Positions 17,006 through 29,319 of a DNA stretch of 64,000 nt are shown here, one piece after another (the stretch's first letter is position 1; each line of letters starts with the position of its first letter). This stretch comes from Eledone cirrhosa. Taxonomy: Eukaryota. The position numbers and the translations under genes were made by a program. Below the pieces are notes generated by a model, which had not been told where the DNA came from, made no database searches, and was given only the letters and a program-made list of their open reading frames with translations. Where the stretch lies: positions 424,948,001-425,012,000 of the forward strand of contig OZ024740.1 of the NCBI GenBank assembly GCA_964016885.1, written 5' to 3'.

Positions 17006-17610
17006 GGTCAGGTCACCAGTTGGTGCTACTGGTAACATGTATCCCAGTACAACCTGTCTCATGGTCGGGTCGTTGGCGACTAAACTGGCAACCCCACCAA
17101 GGTTTCTTGGTGAGGAGGGTGACTTTGGACATCCTGCAGGACTAAAAACAAAACCTGTCAAAGGTCAAAGGGCAAAGAAGCTCTTAAGAGTCAATGGCCA
17201 TCCAAAATCACCAGGAGAGATGACCCCTTAACCTTTGTCAAGGCAGAATTCTAGGAGAAAGAAAACTCTGATATAACACCTGCAACCCTGATGGTATCCA
17301 ATGATGTTGACTTGTTCTTCTTTTTGGTAAATATCATCTTGGTTAAGAGAGTGGGACTGGCTTTGTGCAGTGCCTTTGCTCACTATAAAAGCTTCACGGC
17401 ACAGGCATTGCTTTATATCTGGAGATCTCTCTGCACCTGTCATGGGCCCAGCACTAGGTGTCAATAATTGTCACAGGTGTAGTGTTTGTACCAGAGTTTT
17501 CAAGTCCCTGGCTCGACTAAAAAGTCACACTTGTTTAGCGCATCGGTAGGGGTTCTCCTAAATGGATATAAAGTAGTGGCCGTACTCGAAAACGAGTTGG
17601 CAGCCACCAT
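17006..17610 (+). mobile_element. ~600 bp RTE-like non-autonomous element, copy 2
   Basis: Reverse complement of 376-983; lies within (TATG)n. Confidence 0.75.
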
Positions 17611-17639
17611 GTATGTTTGTATGTATGTATGTATGAATG

Positions 17640-17900
17640 TTTGCTTAGTCGCCTAACATGGTCAGGACTCCTAGTTCGTCTTTCTCATACCTTCATCCCT
17701 AAACAACTTTTCTACGACGAACTAAAACTAGGAAAAAGATAGTGAAATAAACCAGGAAACGATACAAAGATTCTTTATAAGAGACATTAAAGAAAGTAAA
17801 AAGTATTTGTATCAAGTGGGAAGAGATAGCCGTTATAGGAGATACTGAATGAAGCAATGTGTAGATGATTTTGAATTCAAAAGGGCTGCAGGAAAACAGG
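17640..17900 (+). pseudogene. RTE-clade LINE C-terminal relic
   Basis: Hand translation RLTWSGLLVRLSHTFIPKQLFYDELKLGKR…RYKDSL…WEEIA resembles the RTE C-terminal LRWxGHxxRM…PKQLxYGEL motif. Confidence 0.65.
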
Positions 17901-18175
17901 ACATATCCTCTATTGATGAAAATAATGATCTTGTTCATATTGTAATAGGCTATACCTATCAAAGGATGGTCTGAAATCCTATCTAAGGTTGCAGAAAATA
18001 TACCAATTTCTATATGAATTGAACACAGATTTTATGCCAGGTTTGCCACAAAAGATGCAAGTCAACCGTTGGCCTTAACAAACATTATAAAATCCAAAGA
18101 GATACGGATGATTTAGGGTAGAACACTTTACCATCAATACCCTCTAAACATGAGGGCAAATTTTGTCAGAAAACC

Positions 18176-18428
18176 TTTCACACCTTCAGATTCATACCCA
18201 TCATTATTGGAGCTACGGGTTATATACCAACCTGCTTGGACCAAAGTATAACTGAACTTGGATTTGTGGACAAAGAGCGCAGCTGCCTATTTCATAGACT
18301 ATAACTGGCTGTGATAGCTGGCACCTTCAAGGTTTGCAAAACATTCTTGAGATTCAAGGGGTGACAATTTCTTTTCTTTTACAACCTTGCCACCAGGAAG
18401 GTGGCCGGTCAAAAATGTATTGGAAATT
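18176..18428 (+). mobile_element. Third, more diverged 3' fragment of the R4/Dong-like family
   Basis: Aligns with 5093-5340 (CATACCCATCATTATTGG…TTACAACCTTGCCACCAGGAAG). Confidence 0.85.
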
Positions 18429-18678
18429 ATATATATGTCTATCTATCTATCTGCCTATCTATCTATCTATCTATCTTGATAGAGTAAGACACGCTTCACA
18501 TCGGCTCCGCTATTCCATCGGGATTTACCCTTACTATTGTAAGTACCGGATAAATTTTTCAGTGCAACACATTTGGAACACTAACCCCTGTTATTTAGGG
18601 AAACATTTTTGCATTTACCCCCTTTTTAGGGGGTAAAATAAATATCTAATTTTGCCGAAAAATTTCGTTCTTGGCAGC

Positions 18679-20511
18679 ATGGCGGAAAAGATGGCAGACA
18701 TGTCTGCCATTAGCTCTGCCACGCCCCCCAAGTCTGAAGAACAAAAAATAATTACAACAAAATTAGACAACGAAACAAACAAAGAAAATGAAAAAACAAA
18801 TGTTAAGGAAAATGAGCAAACGGAAAACAAACAAACAGAAAATAATACAAATAACAACAGGGCAACTTTCGCCCAGAAAACAAAACAATCCATTACATAC
18901 ACACCAATTGACCTAACGGCCGCGAGAGAAAAACTGGCCGCAGCAAAGAAACACATTGTTTTGGGGGAGAACGGAATGTTTTCCATTAACTCCCCCCCCC
19001 CCCAGAATTCAAGAAAGCGAGAACAGAGAACACAGTTCTCTTCAGAACAATCCTAAACCAAACAAGAAAGCCAGCACAGCCCAGCCAAATGGAGATAGAG
19101 TTGGTCCTAAAAGACTATATGAAGAATATTCTCTTCATACGAAAGGACCGACTCTATGGCAGCATTTCGGTCCTAACAAAAGACAAGGAAACGGCGGAGA
19201 AGCTTTCCCTAAGCCCACTCTCATCGACAACATACAGCTTCTATCCCTCCTACATGGGTAGAAGAACACAGAGAGTAAAAATACAAACAATGCTGCCCAC
19301 AATGGACTTCTGGTGGGCTATTGCTGGCTTCATAGACATGGGCGAGGACACAGTGCTGTCAATGGGGAAGGCATCCGGAGATGCGTTCCTGGGAATGGTC
19401 CTCGACCTACTAGTCCAAATGAGGCCCGAAAGAATAGCACAAATCCCGGATCGCATCTGGCTGGATGAGCTCACCCCAATAGATACAATTGTAGAGGGGA
19501 GAAGACCAGCATGCTATTTATGCACGGAAAGGGGACACATTAAGGCTAACTGCCCGAAACGTATCCCCCAAAAAGGACTATTGCCCACACCCATCACAAA
19601 CAGTACACCAACACCACCCACCTCCAAAAATACACTAATACCACACACAGCAAACAAAATACAAACACCACCAAGCACAACACAAACATCACCACCACCA
19701 GCACCAAACACAAGCACGACACAAAAATCACCACCACCATCACCAACACAAACACCACCACCACCATTACCAACCACAAGAACGACACAAACAGCACCAC
19801 CACCACCACAAAACGCATTCCAAACAAATAATTAAAAAAACAGCAACAAATCTACCCCTCCCGCAAAAAAAAAACAACCAGACACGACGTCCCTCCCACC
19901 TAGCGCTGAAGAGTTTCCCCCAACTTCTGAAGAAGAAGGAGGAGAAGCCTTCAGACAAGTTAAAAGAAAAAAAAGAAAGCACACACCCAGCACACCACAA
20001 ATAACCCACACACAAACACCAACTCCAATAAAAAACACCCCACCCTCAACAAACAAAAATAAATCTGCGCCTCCCCTCTCCGAAACATTGACAGCATCAC
20101 AAAAAAAGACATTGCAATACACATATATAAATAAAGAAAACAAAAAACTGTTTAAATTAATAAACAATAGCCCTTTGGTGCAGACCGAAGGGCCAAACTT
20201 TATCTCAACAGAGAACTTCACCCATTTAAAAATGATAAAGGTCCCTCTGGACCTTTATCGTTCCTTAAAAGAACAATTTAGACAGGACGTGAGCCCCCCC
20301 CTGTTTAAAACCGTTAAATCGCGTCCTCTTGAAAGATTTCCCCATAACCTCCCCTCTCCCTGACACAACTCCAAACAACCCAACCCCACCACACTCGGGT
20401 ACCCCCACACCACCACAAAACATCCCTCCACCCAACACACCTGACGCCATGGAAATTACACAGCCCGGAGAGGTAGGTGCTTTTCTTTCTTCACTTTCAA
20501 CACCAAAATAG
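18679..20511 (+). pseudogene. Tx1 ORF1 (gag-like, CCHC zinc knuckle), frameshifted
   Basis: ORF pieces 18652..19056, 19089..19835, 20088..20363; VEGRRPACYLCTERGHIKANCP; Pro/Thr-rich linker; frameshifts near homopolymer runs. Confidence 0.8.
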
Positions 20512-20516
20512 ATCAA

Positions 20517-23500
20517 TTGAGAGTTGGCTGTTTGAACGCGCGTGGCCTGGGCTCAGCTTGGAAGCAAGCAAAGCTACTAAGTGACCTTAGGTCACGAAGT
20601 ATAGATGTGATGGTTATTTGCGAGAGTCGGATCAGCAGCGTGCGACAGCTGGCTCCCGCCTTCGATGACTTTGAGATGCACGCATCTCTCTGTCAACCCG
20701 GAGGCGGGGGGGGGGGAGTTGCCGTACTGCTGGATAAACGTCTGGCTCTCGACGTACAGATTGTTCACTCGGACCCGGGGGGTCGATTACTGGTGCTGGA
20801 CGTCGGAGGCGGTGAAGGCGGGGCTTTCAGACTGGTCGGTCTTTATGCCCCCTTCGGGGCTGAAAGAGCCGACTTCTTCCAGCGACTGGAGACTTTTCTA
20901 GGAATGTCGCGTTCCCTGCTTTTAGTGGGGGACTGGAATGGAATCCTAGATGCGCGTTGGGACTATGCAGGGGCATGTCCCGATAGAGGGGGGTGTAGCA
21001 GCCTCAAGGGGTTACTCGATCGATTCGACCTGGTCGATAGATTTCGACTAGATTGTCCAACTGCGCCAACCTGGACCTGGGCAAACCGCAGTGGACAATC
21101 TAGATCGTACCTAGATAGGTTTTTGGTTAGGAGTAAGGATAGGGAAATATTTAGTTGTCCTGAATTGATCATGGTTGGCTATTCAGATCACAAATTAGTG
21201 ACCTGCGTGGTCAACCTTGATAGAACGCATAGACAGGGTCCCGGTTACTGGAAGATGAACTTGTCCTTGCCGGCAAAGAAAGATTACAGGAACCGGATTA
21301 GTAGCTTAGTTAAGATGCGGTTGACGGGAGCGATCGCCAACAGTAGGTGGTGGGTATCTCTAAAGAGAGAGATTAGAGTAAGTTCGATAGGTTACAGTAA
21401 GGAACTAGCGGCGAATAGAAATAGGAAGGAAAGGGAGTTAACAGATAAACTAGAAGAGGCGATTAGGAGCGGAGACGTAGCCAGAGTGTTAGCGGCGAGA
21501 ACGGCGTTGAGCCAGTTCTTTGAGGCGAAGCACGAAGGCTGCGTTGTCCGAAGTAAAATACGTGCTTTAGGAAACGAGGGGACCAAAGCTGTTAGCTGGG
21601 CCCGCGTGACAGAAGCCAAGAGTGGGATTAAATCCACCATTCGGTCTTTGCGAGACCAGGATGGACGGGTGATCCTTGAACCTGAGCGGATGTGCGAGGC
21701 CTTTCAAAGGCACTTTGCTCGACTGTTCTGAGGGGGCGCGGGGCCGGACGGGGATGTGGACTTCGGTCCATACCTCGACGGTCTACCGCGTCTTTCGAGC
21801 GGCGAAGCGGAGTGCTGCGAAAGGCCAATCACAGCCACTGAAATCGGGGAAGCGCTCAGCCAATGCAGCAGACGCAAATCTCCGGGTCTCGATGGTCTAC
21901 CATACGAACTTTATTTAGCTATGCCGGTCTTGTTCTCCGAACTCCTCGAGGCTGTCTATTGCAACTGGCAACAGAACGGGAGAATTCCCTGTTCTGTGAC
22001 CAAGGGCGTGGTCACGCTAGTGAGGAAGGACGAGAGCAAGGGGGACGACTTAAGTAACTTTAGGCCCATAACTCTGCTGAATGCAGAGTTACAGATTTTG
22101 GCCAAGGTGTTGGCGAAGAGGTTGGCGCTTGTGGTGGGTGGTTTGGTGGGAGACGCGCAGACATGCGCTATCCCGTCCAGGTCCATTCACGACAACCTCC
22201 ACCTTATGCGATACATCATAGAGAGGGTTGTCAACGAACCCGGCTTTGGTGGGGCCCTGATCAACTTGGATCAATCTAAGGCGTTCGATAGGGTCGACCA
22301 TGGTTACCTGGATGCGGTGCTAGCGGCGGCGGGCTTCGGACCCGTTTTCAGGGGCTGGATTTCTGCCATGCACAGTGGCCAAATCTACTCTAGGATTAAA
22401 GTAAACGGCTACCTCTCGGAGCCGTTTCAAATCACCCGGTCCATCAGACAGGGGTGCCCCTCTCCTCCCTTCTGTACGTATTGACTCTCGAGCCACTGCT
22501 GCGGAAGTTGGAGTTGCTGCGGGGCATACCCCTGGAACCGGGATTGCACAAAGCGGTCTCGGCCTATGCCGACGACGTAACAGTAATTGTGGCGGACGCC
22601 TCGGAAATCGAGGCGATCGCCACCCTACTGGAGGAATACGAAAGGCTGACGGGGGCTAGGCTGAATCGGGACAAGTCAGTCGGTTTGCAACTCGGAACGT
22701 GGAGGGGCAAACCGATGCCGTTAGATGGTGTCGTCGGGCGGCGGACGGAGGGCCCGGTGAAGCTGCTCGGGGTCTGGTTCGGACCGGACCTCCAGGCGGA
22801 GAAGAATTGGGGCGAGGTGACGAGCAGGGTGTTTGCGCTGTCCCAGAAGTGGGCCAAGTGCAAACTATCACTGAAAGGTCGGGCGGAGGTGACGAACGCT
22901 TACATAGCGTCCGTCATCTACTACCGCCTGACCGTCGTGCCTTGCCCCAAGGAAAAGATCACCATCATGGAACGCATGCTCTTCCAGTTCCTCTGGAAGA
23001 AGCGGCCTCCCATGGTGAGGAGATCCATCTGCTGCCAGCACCCTTCGAAAGGAGGGCTGGGTATGCCGTGGCTGTTGATGCGTAGGCACGCATTGAGGCT
23101 ACGGCATCTACAGGTATTCCTCACCGGTCAGCCGGTGTGGGCCCCGTTTGTGAGGCGAGCCTTCCCACAGCTCGTCTCGCTCACCGAGCTGCAATCCTGG
23201 GTGAAGCAAAAACCGAGAAAACTGGGCAACTGGCACACCGAATGTGCCCAGGCGCTCACGGCTATCTGGCAAGCGGACCCGACTGTCAGGGGAGAATCCA
23301 CCTCGACATTCTATAGAGGGCTGGTGGCTAGCAAGGGCGACGACACCCTTGGAGAGTCGCTAGGCATGGAGGAGGACGAACTGGCCAGCCTGTTCGGTAG
23401 AACTTTCGGCCCGGGACCCATGGACAACTTCCAGAGGTCCCTAGCCTGGCAGTGTTACCGGGGGGCTCTGCCCGTTCGAGAAAAGCTCTACAGACACGGG

Positions 23501-23947
23501 CGCCCGGGCAGGGATCCAGCGAAAAAGATCTTTCCCAGATGCGTGCGCGACGAGGAAACCGTTGCGCATGCACTGGTACACTGCCCGGGCGTTGCCGATC
23601 TGTGGGGCTACGTCGAACGACTGCTGTCGCGTGTGGCGCCGATTAGATTAACCGCCGAGTCTGTGGTGAACATCAAGCCGCCGCCTCCCTTCAGAAACGA
23701 AGCAGAGGCGGTCTTTCTGTGCGTAATAGCCATGATGAAAGAGGTTGTGTGGTGGACGCGCCTGAAAGGTCTGAGGTCGGGTGACTTTCTCTTCGGCCAT
23801 CACCTGGTTTACTTCTTCCGATACCACTTCGGAAGAAGGATCAGGATGGAGAGAGAAGTGCTTGGCCCCAGACAGTTTTATGAAAGGTGGGTGAAAGAAG
23901 CGAGAATGGCTCGTGTAAATGGGCCTTCTCTCTACATTGTTCTGTAG
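20517..23947 (+). pseudogene. Tx1 ORF2: AP endonuclease + reverse transcriptase + C-terminal zinc-binding region
   Basis: GCLNARGL, GDWNG, SYLDRF, SDHK, GPGYWK; KSPGLDG, FRPITLLN, LDQSKAFDRV, RQGCP, AYADDV. In-frame stop 21729-21731; frameshift near 22460. Confidence 0.92.
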
Positions 23948-24177
23948 GTGAAGAAGTGAAGAGGAAAGGGGGAACGCCTCCTCTCTGGGCTTCCCCCGCG
24001 AAAAGGGTTGCACACTTTTCGGGGGTATGTGCAATCCCGAACACGCCCCCTCCCTTTTGAGGACTTTTTATTATTATATTATTATTGTTATTCCTTTTTC
24101 TTTACTCGATTTATGTAAACTCCCCCACTGTGTATTTGTCCCCTTCTTTTGTGCCCTCGTGGCAAATAAATAGAAAT

Positions 24178-24241
<64 letters not shown>

Positions 24242-24805
24242 GTATGTGCATGTGCCTGTGAATGTGTATGTGCATATGGGTGTTCGTCTTTGCTAGGATG
24301 GCATTTGATAATGGACCAAGAATCCGAAATTATTTGGGATCTTTAAAAATTGCTTTGGTAACTTTCTATCACCGCCCACTCTTTTATTTCAGTTCGCTGC
24401 GTTTCTTTTATTCCTCTACCTCCTTATTACATTGGCATTTTCACCAAACACGCATTGTGGGGCTTCCAAACAACCAAACGTATTTCTTAGTCGTATTTAT
24501 ATCTTATATTGGATATGCTTTTGTGTACAACTCTATTCTGAATAACCCTGTGTTAGTGCTATCATTAATATAAATATATAATTTAATGTAATTTAATCCT
24601 GGTTATTTTTATATATTTTATATGTTCTGTGATATTGAATAACTACTGTGATTGGAAATTTACCGATTGGATTAAAACCTGAACTGTTTTTTTTACCTAT
24701 CTTGTTGTGGACTATAACATCACATTTGAGCTTTAAAATATTCTTTGCCTATAAATGGTTGTGTTATCAACTCATCTATTATATATTTATATATATATAT
24801 ATATA

Positions 24806-24858
24806 TATAAATGAAAGGTATAGAAAGTATTGTAGCAAGAAGCCAACAGTATTCCATA
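24806..24858. repeat. Short dispersed fragment in (TA)n, inverted homologue at 34170-34222
   Basis: ATGAAAGGTATAGAAAGTATTGTAGCAAGAAGCCAACAGTATTCCATA vs reverse complement of TATGGAATACTGTTAGCTTCTCGCTACAACAATTTCTATACTTTTCAT. Confidence 0.7.
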
Positions 24859-24887
24859 TATATATATATATATACATATATATATAC

Positions 24888-24970
<83 letters not shown>

Positions 24971-25128
24971 TTTAATATATCTACTAACATAAGCGCACAG
25001 ATGTACGCTAATGCCAGCAAATACACAGGTTATGTCATAGTACCTAGGTGGTTCAATGCAGGAGGATGCAGAACAATAATATAAAAGACGGAAAATAAGA
25101 AATTTTTTTAAAATTTTCTGATTTTACG

Positions 25129-25178
<50 letters not shown>

Positions 25179-25270
25179 GTTTTCTTGATAATATCTACAC
25201 TCTACTCTGCTGAATATCGAGTGCTAATTTTGGCAGACCGCCTACGGAAGCACCATAGCTACCACTATAC

Positions 25271-25409
<139 letters not shown>

Positions 25410-25470
25410 GTTAAGGGTGAAAACAGCGATTCTTTGCTTAAACTTTAATCTGTTATTTTAATAAATATAT

Positions 25471-25735
25471 ATATATCATAAAACATGTCTATAGAATCAC
25501 CAGATAAAATATATACCATTTCCTCTCCCAATGAGCATAAGCAACCATATAAAAAAATCGATTAGACCAGGCTATGAGAATAAAGGCTTCTATGAAGAAA
25601 TCTCCGACAAATAACCATATATAACTTCTTATAGCTTGGTCGAATCGATTTTTTAGATGGTTAATTATGCTAATTGGGAGAGGAAACGGTATATATTTTA
25701 TCTGGTGATTCTATAGACATGTTTTATGATATATA
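25471..25735. mobile_element. Inverted-repeat element (family E) beside (TA)n
   Basis: ~120 bp diverged arms starting TATCATAAAACATGTCTATAGAATCACCAGATAAAATATATACC and ending GGTATATATTTTATCTGGTGATTCTATAGACATGTTTTATGATA; single-arm relative at ~32170-32270. Confidence 0.75.
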
Positions 25736-25832
25736 GCTCTGATTATTTAATTTATTAACTCTTCATTGAGCCACAAAGTGACCCGTTGCAAAACACACAC
25801 ATATTTAAATATATATATATATATATGTAAAC

Positions 25833-25866
<34 letters not shown>

Positions 25867-25868
<2 letters not shown>

Positions 25869-26071
25869 CGAAGGAAATGTGGGTAGGAACCAGATGGACC
25901 ATAATGCACCAAAGTACTCAATACTTAGGGTAGTAGAGTGGGTAATAGGAACGAGTAGGACCCCGACGGCTGAGCTCAACCCGTTTCGACGGCTAATTCT
26001 GGACTAAAATGATTTTAGTCCAGAATTAGCCGTCGAAACGGCTTGAGCTCAGCCGTGGGGGCTTACTCGTT

Positions 26072-26073
<2 letters not shown>
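25867..26073. mobile_element. Hairpin element, family B, copy 2
   Basis: ~65 bp arms centred near 26011 plus an unpaired 5' extension shared with 27725-27800; (TA)n on both sides. Confidence 0.8.
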
Positions 26074-26107
<34 letters not shown>

Positions 26108-26115
<8 letters not shown>

Positions 26116-26180
26116 ATAGTTAGTCCACTTAGATGTAGTCCAGTTCAGAGAAACAATTGTCAGCAATGTGATTAAAGCCC
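26108..26180. repeat. Dispersed fragment with inverted homologues at 44572-44610 and 44853-44890
   Basis: TTATTGTTATAG…AGTCCACTTAG…GTAGTCCAGTT and CAGTTCAGAGAAACAATTGTCAGCAATG are found reverse-complemented at those positions. Confidence 0.65.
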
Positions 26181-26219
26181 TTATTGTATTGCAAACCACG
26201 TCACTCTTCTTTCTTGATT

Positions 26220-26250
<31 letters not shown>

Positions 26251-26260
26251 ATATATATAT

Positions 26261-26530
26261 ATAAGGAAAAGAGATTTTGAAATGCAACTGGGGTCTCTTT
26301 AATTGAGATGGAGGCTTTGTGGTTTTTCTCGCAGATGCAAGAAAAACCACAGACACTCCATCTCAACTCTACTTTTGAAAAGCACAAGACCTGTGAAACC
26401 GGTAAAGGAACCAAATAAATATTCTTAAAAAGACTCCAGTTGCATTTTCGATTTCATCTTTTTTCCTTATACTTTCACTCGTGTAGGATACCTCGTTTTT
26501 TTTCATTCTGTAAAAAGACAACCTCATTTT
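26261..26530. mobile_element. Nested inverted-repeat element (family F) in (TA)n with degenerate hammerhead-like motif
   Basis: Outer arms ATAAGGAAAA…AAATGCAACTGGGGTCT / AGACTCCAGTTGCATTT…TTTTCCTTAT; inner arms TTGAGATGGAG…TGTGGTTTTTCT / AGAAAAACCACA…CTCCATCTCAA; motif TTGAAAAGCACAAGACCTGTGAAACCGGTA. Confidence 0.6.
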
Positions 26531-26533
26531 CTA

Positions 26534-26573
<40 letters not shown>

Positions 26574-26619
26574 ATATGTGTGTTTGTTTGTCTGTGTGTG
26601 TGTATAATAATAATAATAA

Positions 26620-26895
26620 TAAAATAACGATTTGTTATGTCTTCATTACGTTTATTGAGGAGAGATGCGCGTTTCGCTATTGATCAGCTCAAGGTTCAAT
26701 CTGTATCGATCTAGCCCGACTCTGGAATCCAAAGCTCGTTGGACTTCTGCTGTGGTAATCACAGCAGATGTCGGATGAGCTTTTGATTCCAGAATGGTGC
26801 TAGATCGATGCACATCGAACCTTTAGATGATCAATAGCGAAACGCGCGTCACCACTCAATAAACGTACTGAAGATATAACAAATCCTCCTTTTTA
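26620..26895. mobile_element. Diverged ~275 bp palindrome (family D) with hammerhead-like GCGAAACGCGCGTC followed by AATAAA
   Basis: Centre CTGCTGTG-gtaat-CACAGCAG; arms alignable with multiple substitutions. Confidence 0.75.
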
Positions 26896-26928
26896 TTATT
26901 ATTATTATTATTATTATACACACACACA

Positions 26929-27120
26929 GGGCGGTGAATTGGCAGTATCGGTAGAGGGTTGGACGCCATGCTTTCTAGCATAGTTACGTCCCTTTACGGT
27001 CTGAGTTCAAATCGCGTGGAGGTTAACTTTGTCTTTCATCCTTACGGGGTCGATAAAATAAAGTATCAGTAATGTACTGGGTAATTGCTGGCCTTGTGCA
27101 AAAAGTAGAAACAATTATTA
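26929..27120 (+). mobile_element. tRNA-derived SINE family 1, full length
   Basis: Box A-like TGGCAGTATCGG, box B GAGTTCAAATC, central CTTTCATCCTTACGGGGTCGATAAAAT (recalled as Meta-domain-like), (TTA)n tail; flanking duplication ATTATTATACACACACACAG. Confidence 0.85.
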
Positions 27121-27138
27121 TACACACACACAGACAAA

Positions 27139-27336
27139 GGGCGGTGGATTGGCAGTTACGGTAGAGGGTCGTACGCCATGCTTTGACGCATTGAGTTACG
27201 GTCCTTGCTATTCTGAGTTCAAATCCTGCCGAGGTTAACTTTGCCTTTCGTCCGTACGGGGTTAATAAAATAAAGTACCAGTAATACAGTGGGTATGTGC
27301 TGGCCTTGTGCCAAAAGTAGAAACAATTATTATTAT
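27139..27336 (+). mobile_element. SINE family 1, full length, tandem to the previous copy
   Basis: Same motifs as 26929-27120. Confidence 0.85.
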
Positions 27337-27443
27337 AACACTCTGGTTAGTTCTACACCTCTTTACCGACTGGAAACTAAGCATTGAGTGCTCATTCGGG
27401 TGAACCTACAGTAACTGGACCTTACAATCCCTATATATATATC

Positions 27444-27484
<41 letters not shown>

Positions 27485-27637
27485 ACATGTATGTATGTGT
27501 GTGTGTTGGATTCAATCGTGGGTAATCACAGTTAGTAAGGTACTCAATACATCAGTTGAGTGTAAACATCAAGTTTAATATAGATGATTTCTTTTGAATG
27601 AAACAGTTCTAGTCCTCTAGAAGCCATTTCTATATTA

Positions 27638-27721
<84 letters not shown>

Positions 27722-27724
27722 CTA

Positions 27725-27912
27725 TATAACGAAGGTACTGAACAAGGTGGACAATAACGCACCAGAATACTCGATACTTTGGGTAGTAGAGTGGGTAATA
27801 GGAAAAGAGTCCTACCCCGACGGCAGTGTTCAAGCCATTTCGACGGGTATTTCTAGTCCAGAAATAGCCGATGAAACGGCTTGAGCTCTGCCGTCGGGGT
27901 CTTGACTATTTT

Positions 27913-27915
<3 letters not shown>
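27725..27915. mobile_element. Hairpin element, family B, copy 3 (diverged)
   Basis: Arms TAGGAAAA…CCCCGACGGCAG…TCAAGCCATTTC / GAAACGGCTTGAGCTCTGCCGTCGGGG…TTTTCCTA. Confidence 0.75.
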
Positions 27916-27949
<34 letters not shown>

Positions 27950-28055
27950 ATACTTGTTATATATATATATACACCTGCGCGCATGTCCCCCCCCCCATAT
28001 ATATATATATATATGTATATATATATTTATATATATATATATATATATATATGTG

Positions 28056-28136
<81 letters not shown>

Positions 28137-28703
28137 GTAAATATATATATACAATTTTATTGATAATGATGATTTGTAGATGTTATTATTATCATTGTTA
28201 TTTTTCTTCTTCTTCTTCTTCTTCTTCTTTGTTTATTTTCATTCTCATCTGTCATCTTTTTCTTTCTTTTATCTGTGTGTTTAACGTTTGCAATGAAAAT
28301 ATCATAAATCAAGATGGCCGTTCTTTTTGGCGGCTGCTGAAGAATTATGATATTTAACTTGGCTGTTGTTCATTGGTGGTTGTTGGCTGGTTGGTCAGTT
28401 GGTTGGCTAGTTAGTTACTTGATTGGCTCTTTGGTCCATGGTTAAACGATAGTGGACGTTGTTGATTGGCTGTTTAGTTAGTTGGTTTGTTGGTTTGTTA
28501 GCTAGCATTTGTATCGTTTGGAGGCTATTGTTATTAGTAAGTGGTTTAGTTATACTTCCATTCTACTGACCTAGCTATAGCGAGAGGAAGGAGTTGGAGA
28601 GAAAGGACAGGAAGAGACGCGGCGTGCTATATATCGATACATCTCTATCTATCTATCTACCTGTCTGTCTATGCCTCTCTCTCCCGCCCTCTCTCTCTCT
28701 CTG

Positions 28704-28795
<92 letters not shown>

Positions 28796-29319
28796 TACAT
28801 ATATCCACACACACACATATATATGTATATATATACATATATGTGTTTGTGTCCGTGTCCGAGTGTAATTGACGGCTGAGAGAGAAGAGTACTCAATACC
28901 GAAGTAGAGTATATATATTCATTTTAGTAAGGCTGAATAGTCAGTATTGTTAATGTGTGTGTATGTGTGTGTATGTGTGTGTTTAAAAAGATTTGGTTGT
29001 ATTGAAACAATTGTTAGAGTCTTCATTTTATAATCTATGGAAATTCCATACCAGTTTCACATTTAGGGTTTGGGGTGGAGAGGTAGTGTTAGTGGTTGTG
29101 GTGGTGGTTGGGGGCGGGGCGTGTTAAATGGTAGATGAAACAAGATGAACATTTAGAATATACAAATAAAAGAAAAAATAGGAGAATGTTCAAACGTTTA
29201 CTATATTTCAGAGCCAAAACATATATGAAGGGAATTTAAAAGTTGTAGAAGTGGTATAGAAATAAAACAGAAAAAAGGCAAAAATAAAGCAATGACAAAG
29301 CAGAAATTTGATAAAGACA

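Larger units (their letters stand above)
18477..24178 (+). mobile_element. Near full-length Tx1/L1-clade LINE, copy 1, inserted in (ATCT)n
   Basis: ORF1 + ORF2 organisation; AATAAA near 24165; (TCTA)n on both flanks (18438-18476 and 24179-24240). Confidence 0.9.

Noticed and set aside
17040-17095. Canonical HDV-like ribozyme call
   Set aside because: A P4/CTAA-like segment is present, but P1/P3 could not be assigned and the candidate P2 is not conserved in the second subfamily; kept only as a structured-RNA lead.
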